From Nemertoderma westbladi (lineage: Eukaryota > Animalia > Xenacoelomorpha), in contig JAUCBJ010000116.1 in the NCBI GenBank assembly GCA_032718475.1, positions 4,997 through 68,996 on the forward strand: a DNA stretch of 64,000 bases, in the 5' to 3' direction. Each line of letters starts with the position of its first letter. Position 1 is the stretch's first letter. Under the pieces are notes generated by a model. It was not told the origin of the DNA. It did no database searches and worked only from the letters and a program-made list of their open reading frames with translations. Of this stretch, positions 19,420 to 31,800 are shown in pieces. The position numbers were made by a program, and so were the translations under genes.

Positions 19420-19720
19420 TACTGCAATGCTCTCTGGTCACGTAGTAATTACTCATCAATTGTTTACAACCGACTTAGAGTAGCGTACAATAACGCAGCA
19501 CAATAAGCTTTTCTCGATCCCGTTTGGTGCTAGTATGTCGAATTTCTTCGGTTGTAATAATTTACCATGTTTCATTCACATTCGATATAAATCAATTTCC
19601 AGTTTACATAGTAGAATTTCTATGTCTAATAATGTAATCATCAATTCAATTATTTGCTATGCATATTTTCATGGTTCACGAATTAATGATATGTGCGATT
19701 CAAGAAATTTGGTTTCATAG
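19420..19720 (+). pseudogene. Degenerate 3' fragment of a non-LTR retrotransposon ORF2
   Basis: RLRVAYNNA...MSNFF...RISMSNNVII resembles the LINE ORF2 C-terminus; (TAA)n-like tail near 19900. Confidence 0.55.
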
Positions 19721-19968
19721 TTTATATCCCATTATCCTCCCTTAGTAATTTTCTCTTAATAACTACATATTTATAATTAGTATAAATTATAATATCATAT
19801 GTGCTGTAGGTAGATAGATCGATGTAGAATAGTTACAAATAGATATGGGCTGATTGTTGTTTGTAATATAAATATCATGTTGCCTGCTGTAAATGATAAA
19901 TAATAATAATAATATTAAGAATGCTATGCCGGCTTGATATGTCAGTAAACCATCCAAAAATCAACTAA

Positions 19969-20960
19969 TCTATATATATAAATATCGATTGTCTGTCTGT
20001 GTGTTTGTCATCGGCGGGAAACGTCGTTATATCGAGGTGAATTTTATACATCATTTATGTGCGAATGCGTATTTGTGGTCAAATTGGGCTATTATTCCAT
20101 AACCATTTTCAGCCAAATTTGTCAACCAGCAGGAAACTCTATAACAGCGGTTGCACCAACAGACTCAATCTGTTCTAAATGATACTTTGCAGATACGTTC
20201 CTGACCATAGACTGTGTGTTTTGGAAGACACTGATCAATCTGCAGTCCTCCAGTCTGCCACTAGGGGGCGAAATGTCAGAAACTGAAAACCTTCTCCCAT
20301 TTCGTTATTATTAAAGCCTTTTAGCTGATCTGTGGCAGAGGTCTACTATACCATAGGCTGTGTGTTTTCGGAGGATGCTGACCAATCTGCAATTCCCCAG
20401 TCTGCCGCTAGGGGGAGAAATATCTGAAAGTGAAAACCTTATCCCATTTCATTGTTTATAATGCTTTTTTGCTGATACTTGGCAGAGGTCTACTACACAA
20501 AGACTGCGTGTTTGGGGAGGAGCTAGAACAAGTCTGCATTTCTCCAGTCTACCGCTAGGGGGCCAAATGTCTGAAAGTGAAAACCTTATCCCATTTCGTT
20601 ATTAATAATGCTTTTAAGCTGACACTTGGCAGATGTGTATTACACCATACTGTAGGGTGTGTGTCTGGAGAGGACGCCGAACAACCTGCAGTTCTCTATT
20701 CGGCCGCTAGGGGGCGAAATGACGGAACGTGAAAACCTTATCCCATTTTGATGTGTATAATGTTTTTAGGCTGATACTTGTCAGAGGTCTACTACATCAA
20801 AGACTGCGTGTTTGTGGAGAACTAAGACCAATCTGCAATAGCTCTGTCTGCCGCTAGGGGGCGCAATGTCTGAAAGTGCAAACCTTTATGCATTTCATTG
20901 TTTATAATGCTTTTTTGCTGATACTTGGCAGAGGTCTACTACACCATAGACTGTGTGTAT
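19969..20960 (+). mobile_element. Truncated, chimeric non-autonomous Helitron-like element with ~108-bp repeats
   Basis: TCTATATATATAAAT..(GTCT)n head like 46194, joined to a body matching 24380-25460. Confidence 0.7.
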
Positions 20961-22034
20961 TTGAAACAGAACCAATTTACTCTCCCATTCAAATTATAAT
21001 TTAATTAGTATTACTTATAGGCAGCAGAGCATATGGTAGTCCCTGGCCATCATAAATACATCATTGGACTGGTTTTAAGTTCTTGAATATATTTATTTTT
21101 AAGTTCTTGTATATACTTATACGATTATGTAATATTTAGAACTTGTTCAAAGATATCAATTATATCAGAAATAATGCTGCAACAAAATCATAATTAACTT
21201 CAATATTATACTTTAATATATTCTTGGTAAATCTGCCCAAACCTGCACTGTTGCGAACATGACATGTGTTCATATGTTTATAGAGATAATATATATATAC
21301 CAATCTGTCAGTATCCTCTCCTACAATTCAATGTTACTCTAAATTTAATTATCCTAGCCAGTCGTCCACAGGGACATCTATGTGTTGACGTGGTGGTTGC
21401 CACAAAAGTAGATCCGTCTTCACTTCTCTAGATTCCATGTTTATTTATATTACATATTAGTCAGTTCAGCAGTTAGTACTTAGTAGTAGGCCTACTGCAG
21501 GTATTGTAGGCAGTTTAGATAAATCAAATTGCTTGTTAGAAAACTGTGCAAGTTACAAAAGCGTGAACACCCTACACTGGCTTGCTGTAAGTGAACTAGT
21601 TAGTTCACTTGTTGCCAATTCTTCTGATTGGTTCTTAGCTATTGGGGTAGTAGAAATTAAGATATAGTAATCGATTGGTTAGTACTCTCTAGCAAGTCAC
21701 TGAAACAATATTGGGGAATCGCCTACAGTGATTCATCCCTGTACAATCTATGCACTATGGATAAGCAATATATATATATATGTGTGTGTGAAACCCGTTT
21801 ACTGTATGACAATATAATAGATTGCTCAACACATGATCTTCACTTTGATTGGCCGACAGGCCATATTGCTACATTGACTTTGCTAGGTAGTAATAAGACA
21901 GCTCAACTGCATGCAACCCAACAGCTCAACTACATGCATTTCTCAAAAAGACGCAGCATTTGTTATGTTACATATACTCCAAGAATCAGCTTAAACATAT
22001 TAAGATCAACGAAATGGACAATGTTATTATCACT

Positions 22035-22235
22035 TTCATATGTTCGCCATCTAGCGGTAGACTGGAGAACTGTAGATGAATTACCTTCCTAAAAAAAGAT
22101 TCAGCATTTGGTTGCATTCAGCAATAATGAGCCAATTTCATATGTTCACCATTTAGCGGTAGACTGGAGAACTGTAGATGAATCACCTTCATAAAGAATG
22201 ATTCAGCATTTGGATGCATTCAGCAATAATTAGCA
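22035..22235 (-). repeat. Two ~102-bp tandem units carrying a CTCF-like motif
   Basis: Minus strand CTACAGTTCTCCAGTCTACCGCTAGATGGCG, repeated. Confidence 0.65.
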
Positions 22236-22358
22236 TGTCAAAATGGTAACACCGACAATGATAACAACGCAAACAACTTTTTTCCAAAATTTACCCAACC
22301 CTGGCAGCATTGCCAACTTTGTGGCTCGACCCACAAATCATAATTTATTTTAATATTA

Positions 22359-24053
22359 TCTATCTATCTATATAAAAATATCTCGTGTGTCTGTCTGTTC
22401 GCTTTTACGTTTCGCCTCATCTCTACCATTTATCGCGATTGTGACAGATTCGGAACCGGCCTGACTTCGGACGTTGCAACGTGACATTTTCTAGAAAGTT
22501 ACAGGTGTCATTTTCGTTTTAACGCCGTTTTATCCCACAAATCAGTGTTAGCTGCTACCCATAAAATATAAAACCATTATTCCAGGTGATCTGCGTTTGT
22601 ACCTAGGCAGACGGGGTACTGCTGACTGCGGTACTGGTAATGCATATTACAGAATTAGGCCTATGCCTAAATGCTGTTGTTGTTGCTGTACCGGTGGCCG
22701 GTACTGCAGTACTGCTGTACTGTGGTAACGGAACGGTAATTTTATTTTTTGGGTTCCCCGGTCAGACTGTCAGACGGTAGCGCAGTAGGCTTTTTGTTCG
22801 TATCGCAGCGGACATGCTGACATGCATTGCTGCACTTCAGCACTTATCAGACTCGTCACGGTCCGCCGGTACCGGTCAGCCGGTACCGGTATTACAGTAT
22901 TACGATTAGGGCTGTAGGGTAACTGATCTGACTGAACTGTACTACAGTACTAGTGTTAGTGTATTATAATACCAGCTGACCGGTACGACTCTGCGACTAC
23001 TGGTACGATGCCTACTGTTATAATCAGATAATGCCTCCGAAAAAGAGAGCCAGACTGACACATAGAAAGAAGAACCGAGATTCTTCCAGGGTGGCGATAA
23101 CAAGAGCATTGGAAAATGATGTCGATATGGAAATTCGCCTGGCTACGGATCGAACTGCAACAGCACGATCTTCTGAATCTGCCGCAGAACGGGCAACTCA
23201 CCAGACAGCGCATAGGGTTGCAACTGCAACAGTGCGATCTTTAGAATCTGCCGCGGAACGGGCAACTCGCCGGACAGCGGATAGGGCTGTAGGGTTGCAA
23301 TTGCAACAGTCTGACAGTGCGATCTTTAGAATCTGCCGCGTAATGGGCAACTAACTCGCCGGACAGCGGATCGAGTTGCAACTACAATAATGCGTGGCAG
23401 TGAAACTGCTCAGCAATGGGATGCTCGACAAACTTTAAATCGTGATGGCCAACTCTACGGTCGCATCTTCTGATCTTCCCGAGTTATCCATCCTGATAAC
23501 CTTCACTACGCATTGAAAGAAACAGCCAATGAAGTCACCTGATTGTAATTGATATGTTTCATGAATGGGGACTACAAATTCTCTAATTGGCGACACTGGA
23601 GATTGATTTGTGAGTCCGAGCCCAGATAAATTATCTACAAGGGGGTCGGTCGTGTGTAATCCAGTAATCCGAGCACGGAATGGAAGAATCGTAATTGAAA
23701 AATTTGAGCCACATCGATTTTTTGGCCGGATCTCATCTGGAATCAATTGTCTTACTTGATATTCCATTGCATAATTGTGTAGTTTACAACTTTTATTGGT
23801 TGAAATTAATTATTTTGTTCAGAATGATTTGGTAATCAATTAAATTTGGTTATTATAAAGAATTCTAATATCTTATTATTATTGTCACTGGGGAAACTCA
23901 TTAAGCAGAAATTTCCAAAGGCAGTTTAGTTCATATGACTTTTAATCCATTGATAAAAAAAAAACTTAATTTAATTTAAAACTTAATTTCTCACTTTGTG
24001 GCTGCTTGCGGTCTAACTAGAAAGTCTGTGGCTGAAGGCCACAGGCTTTCTAG
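22359..24053 (+). mobile_element. Helitron-like deletion derivative (family C) with a remnant resembling the RepHel N-terminus
   Basis: 5' TC(TATC)TATATAAAA; 3' hairpin plus CTAG. ORF 23031..23354 MPPKKRARL...SESAAERATR repeats resemble Helitron ORF N-termini. Head shared with 48655. Confidence 0.65.
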
Positions 24054-26170
24054 TCTATATATATAAATATCATGTGTTTGTTTGTTTGTCTGTCTGTCTG
24101 TCCATCAATACGTTTCTACATACAAGCACCAATCGGAGCTCACGGCACATCGAATGGAAGCTCTCGTCAGGAGCACGTGCACTGTCGCTATCTCGAGTCT
24201 TATTTTGCGCATTTGTTTGCGTGAATGCAGATTTCGTGAATGCAGATTTCGTGAATTTGGTACCGGTAGCGCGGTAGGCCTAGCAGTTCATTCTGTCACT
24301 CTACATGTTGGGTCTCGACTATTATGCTACTTTTTCATGCGCATCTACGTGATGCAGACTGCCCCGAGTACATGGACGCGAAACGTCGTTATATCGAGGC
24401 GAATTTTATGCATATTTATGTGCAAATGCGTATTTGTGGTCAAATTGGGCTATTATTCCATAACCATTTTCAGCCAAATTTGTCAACCAGCAGAAAACTC
24501 TATAACAGCGGTTGCACCAACAGACTCAATCTGTTCTAAATTATACTTTGCAGATACGTTCCTGACCATAGACTGTGTGTTTTGGAAGATACTGATCAAT
24601 CTGCAGTTCTCCAGTCTGCCGCTAGGGGGCGAAATGTCTGAAACTGAAAACCTTCTCCCATTTCGTTATTATTAATGCCTTTTAGCTGATCTGTGGCAGA
24701 GGTCTACTATACCATAGGCTGTGTGTTTTCGGAGGATGCTGACCAATCTGTAATTCCCCAGTCTGCCGCTAGGGGGAGAAATATCTGAAAGTGAAAACCT
24801 TATCCCATTTCGTTGTTTATAATGCTTTTTTGCTGATACTTGGCAGAAGTCGACTACACCATAGACTGCGTGTTTGTAGAGAACTCTGAATAATCTGAAA
24901 TTCCTCTGTCTGCCGGTAGGGGGCGCAATGTCTGAAAGTGAAAACCTTCACCCATTTCGTTGTTTATACTGCTTTTTTGCTGATACTTGGCAGAGGTCTA
25001 CTACACAAAGACTGCGTGTTTGGGGAGGAGCTAGAACCAGTCTGCATTTCTCCAGTCTACCGCTAGGGGGCCAAATGTCTGAAAGTGAAAACCTTATCCC
25101 ATTTCGTTATTAATAATGCTTTTAGGCTGACACTTGGCAGATGTGTATTACACCATAGGGTGTGTGTCTGGAGAGGACGCCGAACAACCTGCAGTTCTCT
25201 ATTCGGCCGCTAGGGGGCGAAATGTCGGAACGTGAAAACCTTATCCCATTTTGATGTATATAATGTTTTTAGGCTGATACTTGTCAGAGGTCTACTACAT
25301 CAAAGACTGCGCGTTTGTGGAGAACTAAGACCAATCTGCAATAGCTCTGTCTGCCGCTAGGGGGCGCAATGTCTGAAAGTGAAAATCTTTATGCATTTCA
25401 TTGTTTATAATGCTTTTTTGCTGATACTTGGCAGAGGTCTACTACACCATAGACTGTGTGTTTGGGGAGGAGCTAGAACCAGTCTGCATTTATCCAGTCT
25501 ACCGCTAGGGGCCAAATGTCTGAAAGTGAAAACCTCTTATCCCATTTCGTTATTAATATGCTTTCAGGCTGACACTTGCCAGATGTGTAATACACCATAG
25601 GGTGTGTGTCTAGGTAAGACGCCGAACAAACTGCAGTTCTCCATTCGGCCGCTAGGGGGCGAAATGTCTGAAAGTGAAAACCTTACCCCGTTTCGTTGTT
25701 TCTAATGCTTTTAGGCTGATACTTGTCAGAGGTCTACTACACCATAGACTGCGTGTTTGTCGAAAACTCTGACCAATCTGCAATTTCTCAGTCTGCCGCT
25801 AGAGGGTGAAATGTCTCAAGTGAAATCCTTCTCCCATTTCATTGTTTCTAATGCTTTTTTGCTTATACTTGGGAAAGGCATGCTTGACCATAGGCTGTTT
25901 GTATGTGGAGGACACTAACCAGTCTGCGGATTTCCAGTCTACTGCTAGGGTGCGAAATATCTGAATCTGAAAAGTAAAAACATTCTCACATTTATTTATT
26001 AAAAATGCTTTTACGCTGATAATTGTCAGAGGTCTACTGTACTACATCATAAAGCTGCATCTATGTGAAGGACGTTGACCAGTGTGGATATCTGAAAAGT
26101 AAAACAGCATCAGTCCTTTTGTTTGAGAGAACACTCTCAATCATATGAAGTTTTGGTAAGTTAATTAATT
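24054..26170 (+). mobile_element. Non-autonomous Helitron-like element (family A) with ~108-bp satellite; its 3' end continues at 43896-43972
   Basis: Colinear with the copy at 57828-60998; split by the BEL element 2 insertion. Confidence 0.8.
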
Positions 26171-28089
26171 TATAGAATTATATTCTCATAAATGCCGTGG
26201 ATTTTCAAAATTTTATTTTGTTCGAATTAACTTTCTATAAAGATTACATTAAGTCTTCATTTGCATTTACTATATCTATTTGTATAACATTGTTCAAGTG
26301 GTTCAGTAGCTCAGTCGGTTAAGCGTTGGAAATTCGTGTTGTAGGTATCGAGTTCGAATCCCAGTAAGTGTGAATTATTTTTTGTGCTAAGTTTCAACTC
26401 ATTTAAATTAACCGCTACGAATTAAATTGCATTTGCTCAAGGTAGATTAACCAATAAGATTGCAGTTATTAGATAGTAACCAATGTCGTGCAAGATACGT
26501 GTTCGCTGGACCAATGATTATCTTTAAAAACCTAGTAGAACTCATAGAACAATCTAGATTTATCTCGATTGATTGCAGCACAAATTTGCTATAAAAGGTG
26601 CGATTTGTTCATTAGTTATCACTCTTAATCACTTATTAGTTATCTCTCACTTACATCCATTAGTTATTTCAGATTACATTGTTTATATTAATATAATTGT
26701 TGGTTATCTGTAATAAAGTCAGAATTATCGCTATATCTGCCCTTTTCTATCATGTTTCACCACGGTGAACCTAACTGAGGGACAGGATGGCAGGCTAGAC
26801 ATCGGGCCACAGCAATGAACGGGAACATCGGAGGAATGTAGACAGGAGACCACCCACAATACTGATTCGTAGTTATTCGCCCATCGCCTGAAAGGTTAGA
26901 CAGCGTTCGATGCCTCGCTACCTAAGTATAAGACCTGCGATCGAAGGTAGAAGTAGCGACACACTGTATGCCAAAAAATTTAAATTTAGGAACCGTATTA
27001 TTTTGACTCGGGAAAACCCGCGGAAACCCTTCGTATTCCTACGGGAGGTGAGGATAGGCAGAGAGATACCAGTACACAGATAGGACACAGGCACACCATT
27101 ACACGGCATGCACATTGGTAGGGTGCAGCAAACTGTACGCCTAACTCATTTGCCAGGTATAGGTGTGCTGGTGGCTTGTCAGTAGTACAACGGTGTTCAT
27201 CGTTTGCGTTGGAGCTTGTAGGCCAGGAGAGGGTTACTGTGTTTTTTCCCTGAATTAAAATTATACCGTTCAGGCGGTAGGGCAGTTTACTGCTAGGCAT
27301 ATAAATTAAGGCTATTAGGGATACTAACACCTACCGTGTCCCCGCCGACATCCTGTTAGGAAGTTGCCGTGCCCATCTAGGCAACCAAAATTCTAGATAA
27401 GAACACCAGGCTAGCTATTTGTAACTGTACGCCTACTGTAGTAAACTAACACATTTCTTCTTAGTATTAGGGACCTGGTAAATAAAATTGCCGAATTCTG
27501 GGCGTAGTATTAACCTTATGCCTGAATTTGAGTCCTGGAAATACACAAAAGGGGGAGGAGCCTTATCATTTGTAAGTATTAGACCTACAAACTACCAAAA
27601 TTAGAATATTTGTAAAATGTACACCGGACCCAGTAAATGATATTATACGAAGGATTACAAAATCAATTTGACCCTGAATAAAAACACACGCGCGTTTAGG
27701 AATTATTTGTACCTCGAAATATATAAAATAATTTGTCCATACCACGGCTTTGCCCGCTAGTTATATTTGTAGCTAGCATCTCTCTCACCCACCATATAAA
27801 TCACACCGCGGCAAAGTATACGAGCGCTTTTAGTCCGTCAGTGAGTCAGCAAGATTATTAGGATTCACTGCGCGGGATTTTGTTTTATCGAAGTTTGTCC
27901 GTTCGTAGACTGTCTTCTGCCTCACCGGTTATAAGAGACCAATACTGCAATAGATTTGCTTACTTGGAGTTTACTGTTTTGGTGAGAAGGTTGGATTATG
28001 CCTTGATTCACAAACTTTACAGTAGGATATTGCGGTATAAGTTGTTACTGTCTCTTACAACAGTAGGAATGTGACCTATGTTGATTTCA
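26171..28089 (+). repeat. 5' LTR (1919 bp)
   Basis: About 17 substitutions and no indels versus 41977-43895 (by eye). TATAAAA at ~26590, AATAAA at ~26712. Termini TA...CA. Confidence 0.96.
26300..26383 (+). ncRNA. tRNA-derived Pol III cassette inside the LTR (second copy 42106-42189)
   Basis: A box TAGCTCAGTCGG (26307-26318), B box GAGTTCGAATCC (26350-26361), T6 run at 26378-26383. No proper acceptor or anticodon stem. Confidence 0.65.
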
Positions 28090-28100
28090 GTAGGAATACG
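28090..28100 (+). promoter_or_regulatory. Non-tRNA primer-binding site candidate GTAGGAATACG, complementary to LTR 27032-27042
   Basis: Immediately follows the LTR terminal CA; 11/11 complement CGTATTCCTAC inside the LTR. Confidence 0.65.
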
Positions 28101-28896
28101 TTTTACTGAACTACGGTTCAGTAGGACTAAAGTTATTTGAAAATTTTGTATTTTGAGGTAAAAATTTGTATTTGATTAGCTAAGTGCTAATTTTTTGAAA
28201 TAAAAATTTTGATTTGAACCGCGTGTAAAATATTTGGAATTGAATACCGGTGTTTAAAAGGGTTTAAATACCATATTGTACCGGTACAAAATTTTCATGA
28301 AAGTAAAACCTAACTCTTTTGTTTTTCAGGATTCAGAGCTCATTTCTAGACTGTAACGAGAGCAAGACCGTGTTTAGCAAGTTTGGGAGATAGATAACTC
28401 AACAACTTTGGTTGGGAAAATCGCACTTCGTCCGCAACGCTGGAAACGGAAAGGTTCACGTCCGGTTTGTATCTGGGAATCTGTTTTCTGGAGAATCATT
28501 GGAGGGGGTGAGTTCGAAAAGTTGCATAAATCACTTAGGCATTACCGTATTAGTTAAAATTATTGTGGGTTCCACTGTCTCAAGTATTTATGCATTCCGC
28601 ACGATTTCTTTGTTTATTGCTGAATTAGTCCGTATTATTGTATTTGATTTACCTTTTGATAACGTATATCGTTATCCGATTTATTTGTTATAAAATTGGC
28701 CACCAGGCTAATTTTATTATATACTTACCCCGTGACATTTATTTGCTGTAAAATTGGCCGCTAGGCTAATTTTATCCATTTGCTATAAAATCGGCCGGTA
28801 GGCTAATTTTATATGACTGTAATTAATACCGTTTAGATATAAATACGGTAAGTTTGATACTTTGACACTCACTTTACTTGACTTACAACTACCGAA

Positions 28897-31800
28897 ATGA
28901 GTGACAAACAGGACTATACGAAGAATACACCTACCGACTATGACTCATTTGACGCGGATAAGTCAGTAGCGGAAGAACCACAGGGGAAGACTCGCGAGCC
29001 TACCGAACCTACACCGTGCGCGTCACCAGTACATCCAACGGGGGTACCGGATGCCGTAGTACGAGGCGACGGCAGGACCGAGGATTTTCTAATGGTCCCG
29101 CAACCTAGACACAGGGAAACGCACATGGTAAGTTCAGTAGGAAGCCAGGAGAGCGTTGTTAGAAGCGTCGGAGGATACATGGCACATATTACCAGGAGTA
29201 TTGGAGAAGGCCAACGCATATTAGACGAATTGACTGCTCCGATGTCTCGGTTCGAGTTCTACATCCTACAGGTTAGAGTACAGAGTAAAGTACATAAGTC
29301 CGTAGATAATCTAATTGGTCTACAAGATCTAGCTAGACAGAGACAGGACATGGACACACAGTTCAGAATCCTCGAGAAATTAATGATCGCTAGGGAGAAA
29401 CTGATTCAGTTTAAGACGACCGTTAGACAGATAAAACAGGAACAAGCGGACCAGTTATTAGGTGAGTCGGTTTCCGACGAATTATTGCAGCCCGAGGAAG
29501 AACAGGAACTGTACAGACTGGATGGACAACTGAAATATCTGACAGATCACTTACATATGTGCGGCGAAGACGTCGGCGATTTGGAAACCGTGCCGGAATA
29601 TACGAGGGAAACTTCACCCGTACAAATCGAACTGGCACCGGGAATACTGGATCAATCGTTAGTGAGTATTCGCAGCGAAATTGGCGAGGTAAGTATAGTG
29701 ACGTCAGAAATTTCTCGACAGCAACAACAGTACTGCAGACAACAACGAGAAATTGAGGAACAAACTCAATTGTTAACGGTACAAGCGGCTGTAGAGGAAG
29801 AGAAACTACGCGTTGCGAATGTTGCGAGAATCTCTCATCTGCAAGAACAAGCCGAGTTGGAAGCAGCCGAGATGGAAAGGTTAGAGTTGGACATTGCACA
29901 ACAAACGGCAGCAGCCGAGTTAGCGCAACAAACGGCAGCGGCAGCGGCCGAGTTAGAGCGACAAAGGTTAGTTTCAGAAGCAAGAGCCGAAATGAAAAAA
30001 CGGCAAATAAAGGCTCAATCAGCTATACGACTAGCGGAGTTCGAGGCGCAACAACAACAGACGGAACAACGCGAGAAGGAAGTTAAACTTCATTTCGAAC
30101 TCGAAAAGAAGGCGAGAGAATTAGCCAACGCCAAGGAAGATCTGGATCTTCAAGCCCGCGATCGATCGAAGAGATCTCGAGACGGACACGATCTAGACCG
30201 GATAGAGGTAAGACATCGTCAAATTCAGGAACGAATGAAGGAAGGAAGCGTAGGAGCACCTGAGCGAGAATGGGAATTGGTTAAAGACTTATGTCAACGA
30301 TTTCCTCAAGTAACTCCGATGTTCGCACCAATTACGAATAAAGGACCTGTTTCGATTGCTGGTAGTAGTAGTATATCTCCTATACACGATGCGACGGAAC
30401 ACAGGTATGTTATTCCGGACAAGTTTGTACCGCCAAGAGCAACGTCATCGCCTATTCCGAGAGTCAAGGTAAGTAACCCGCCGATTACAGATCGTAATAG
30501 TTTATTGGCAGGGCCTGCATTAATGACGACTAAACAGGTGAGTCAACCATCGACACCAAAACCGGTCACGCACAACGTAAACCCAACTGTGTTTAGACCT
30601 ATGAGGACTTTGGACTCAAACGCTATTACGCGACCACGAATTCAGTTTACATCACAATCTACGACTTCGAGGAAGACTTGTGAGCCTACCGAGCAACGGA
30701 GACCAGTGGATACGCGACCGCTTAATCAGTTTACATCGCAATCTACGACTTCGAGGAAGACTTGTGAGCCTACCGAGCAACGGAGACCAGTGGATACGCG
30801 ACCGCTTAATCAGTTTACATCGCAATCTACGACTTCGAGGAAGACTTGTGAGCCTACCGAGCAACGGAGACCAGTGGATACGCGACCGCTTAACCAGTTT
30901 ACATCGCAATCTACGACTTCGAGGAAGACCTGCGAGCCTACCGAACAACGGAGACCAGTGGATATGCGACCGCTTAATCAGTTTACATCGCAATCTACGA
31001 CTTCGAGGAAGACCTGCGAGCCTACCGAACAACGGAGACCAGTGGATACGTGACCGCTTAATCAGTTTACATCGCAATCTATGACTTCGAGGAAGACCTG
31101 CGAGCCTACCGAATGACGGAAACCAGTAGACGATGTTTCGAAACGGAATGTTAGAATTCGGACAACCCAACGAACGCGAGCACGTCGGCCACCGTATCCA
31201 GATGATAGTAGTACTTCGAGCGAATCGGATTACCCGGAACGCGAGGTGTTTAGAACAGGAGCGGCCGATGAATGCAAACGCGAGCGTTCAACAAATTCCT
31301 TTATAGACAATCCTCCACAAAATACACCAACACAGAAAGCGTTACAACCAACGGACGCGATTAGTACACAACAATTTGCCGACATCTTGCGACCAGTTGT
31401 TAACAAGTTAGCCCAGATCGAGGAACGTTTGGAGGAAGTTCAAACGGATAGTTCGCGAAACACCGAATTCGAACACAATAGAAACCCGAAGGATCCGCAA
31501 AGAGCGATACCTTCAAGAAACACCTCGTATCAAAGAAAAGCGCCAAGACGGGAGAACATCAACTCGATTGCCAACCAAGGACGCGAAACTTTATAGCTAA
31601 ATTCGCAGCCAGACAAGGACTACCGGTGCAACAACCACCTAAGTTTTCCGGTAACTCTAAACATTGGCACACATTCGTAGACTACATCGAATCTCAAATT
31701 GCGGCGTGCGCTTTTACATCAAGGGAAAAGTTCAACTATCTGCTTCAAACCTTGACGGGAGAACCCAAACGCTTAGCCGAGACTTTCGTTGGTGTACCAG

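Noticed and set aside
26300-26372. Functional tRNA gene
   Set aside because: A and B boxes are present, but acceptor and anticodon stems do not pair.
26803-26830. GGGCCACAGCA resembling the start of the CPEB3 HDV-like ribozyme
   Set aside because: No matching P1/P2 partner strands or L3 motif downstream.
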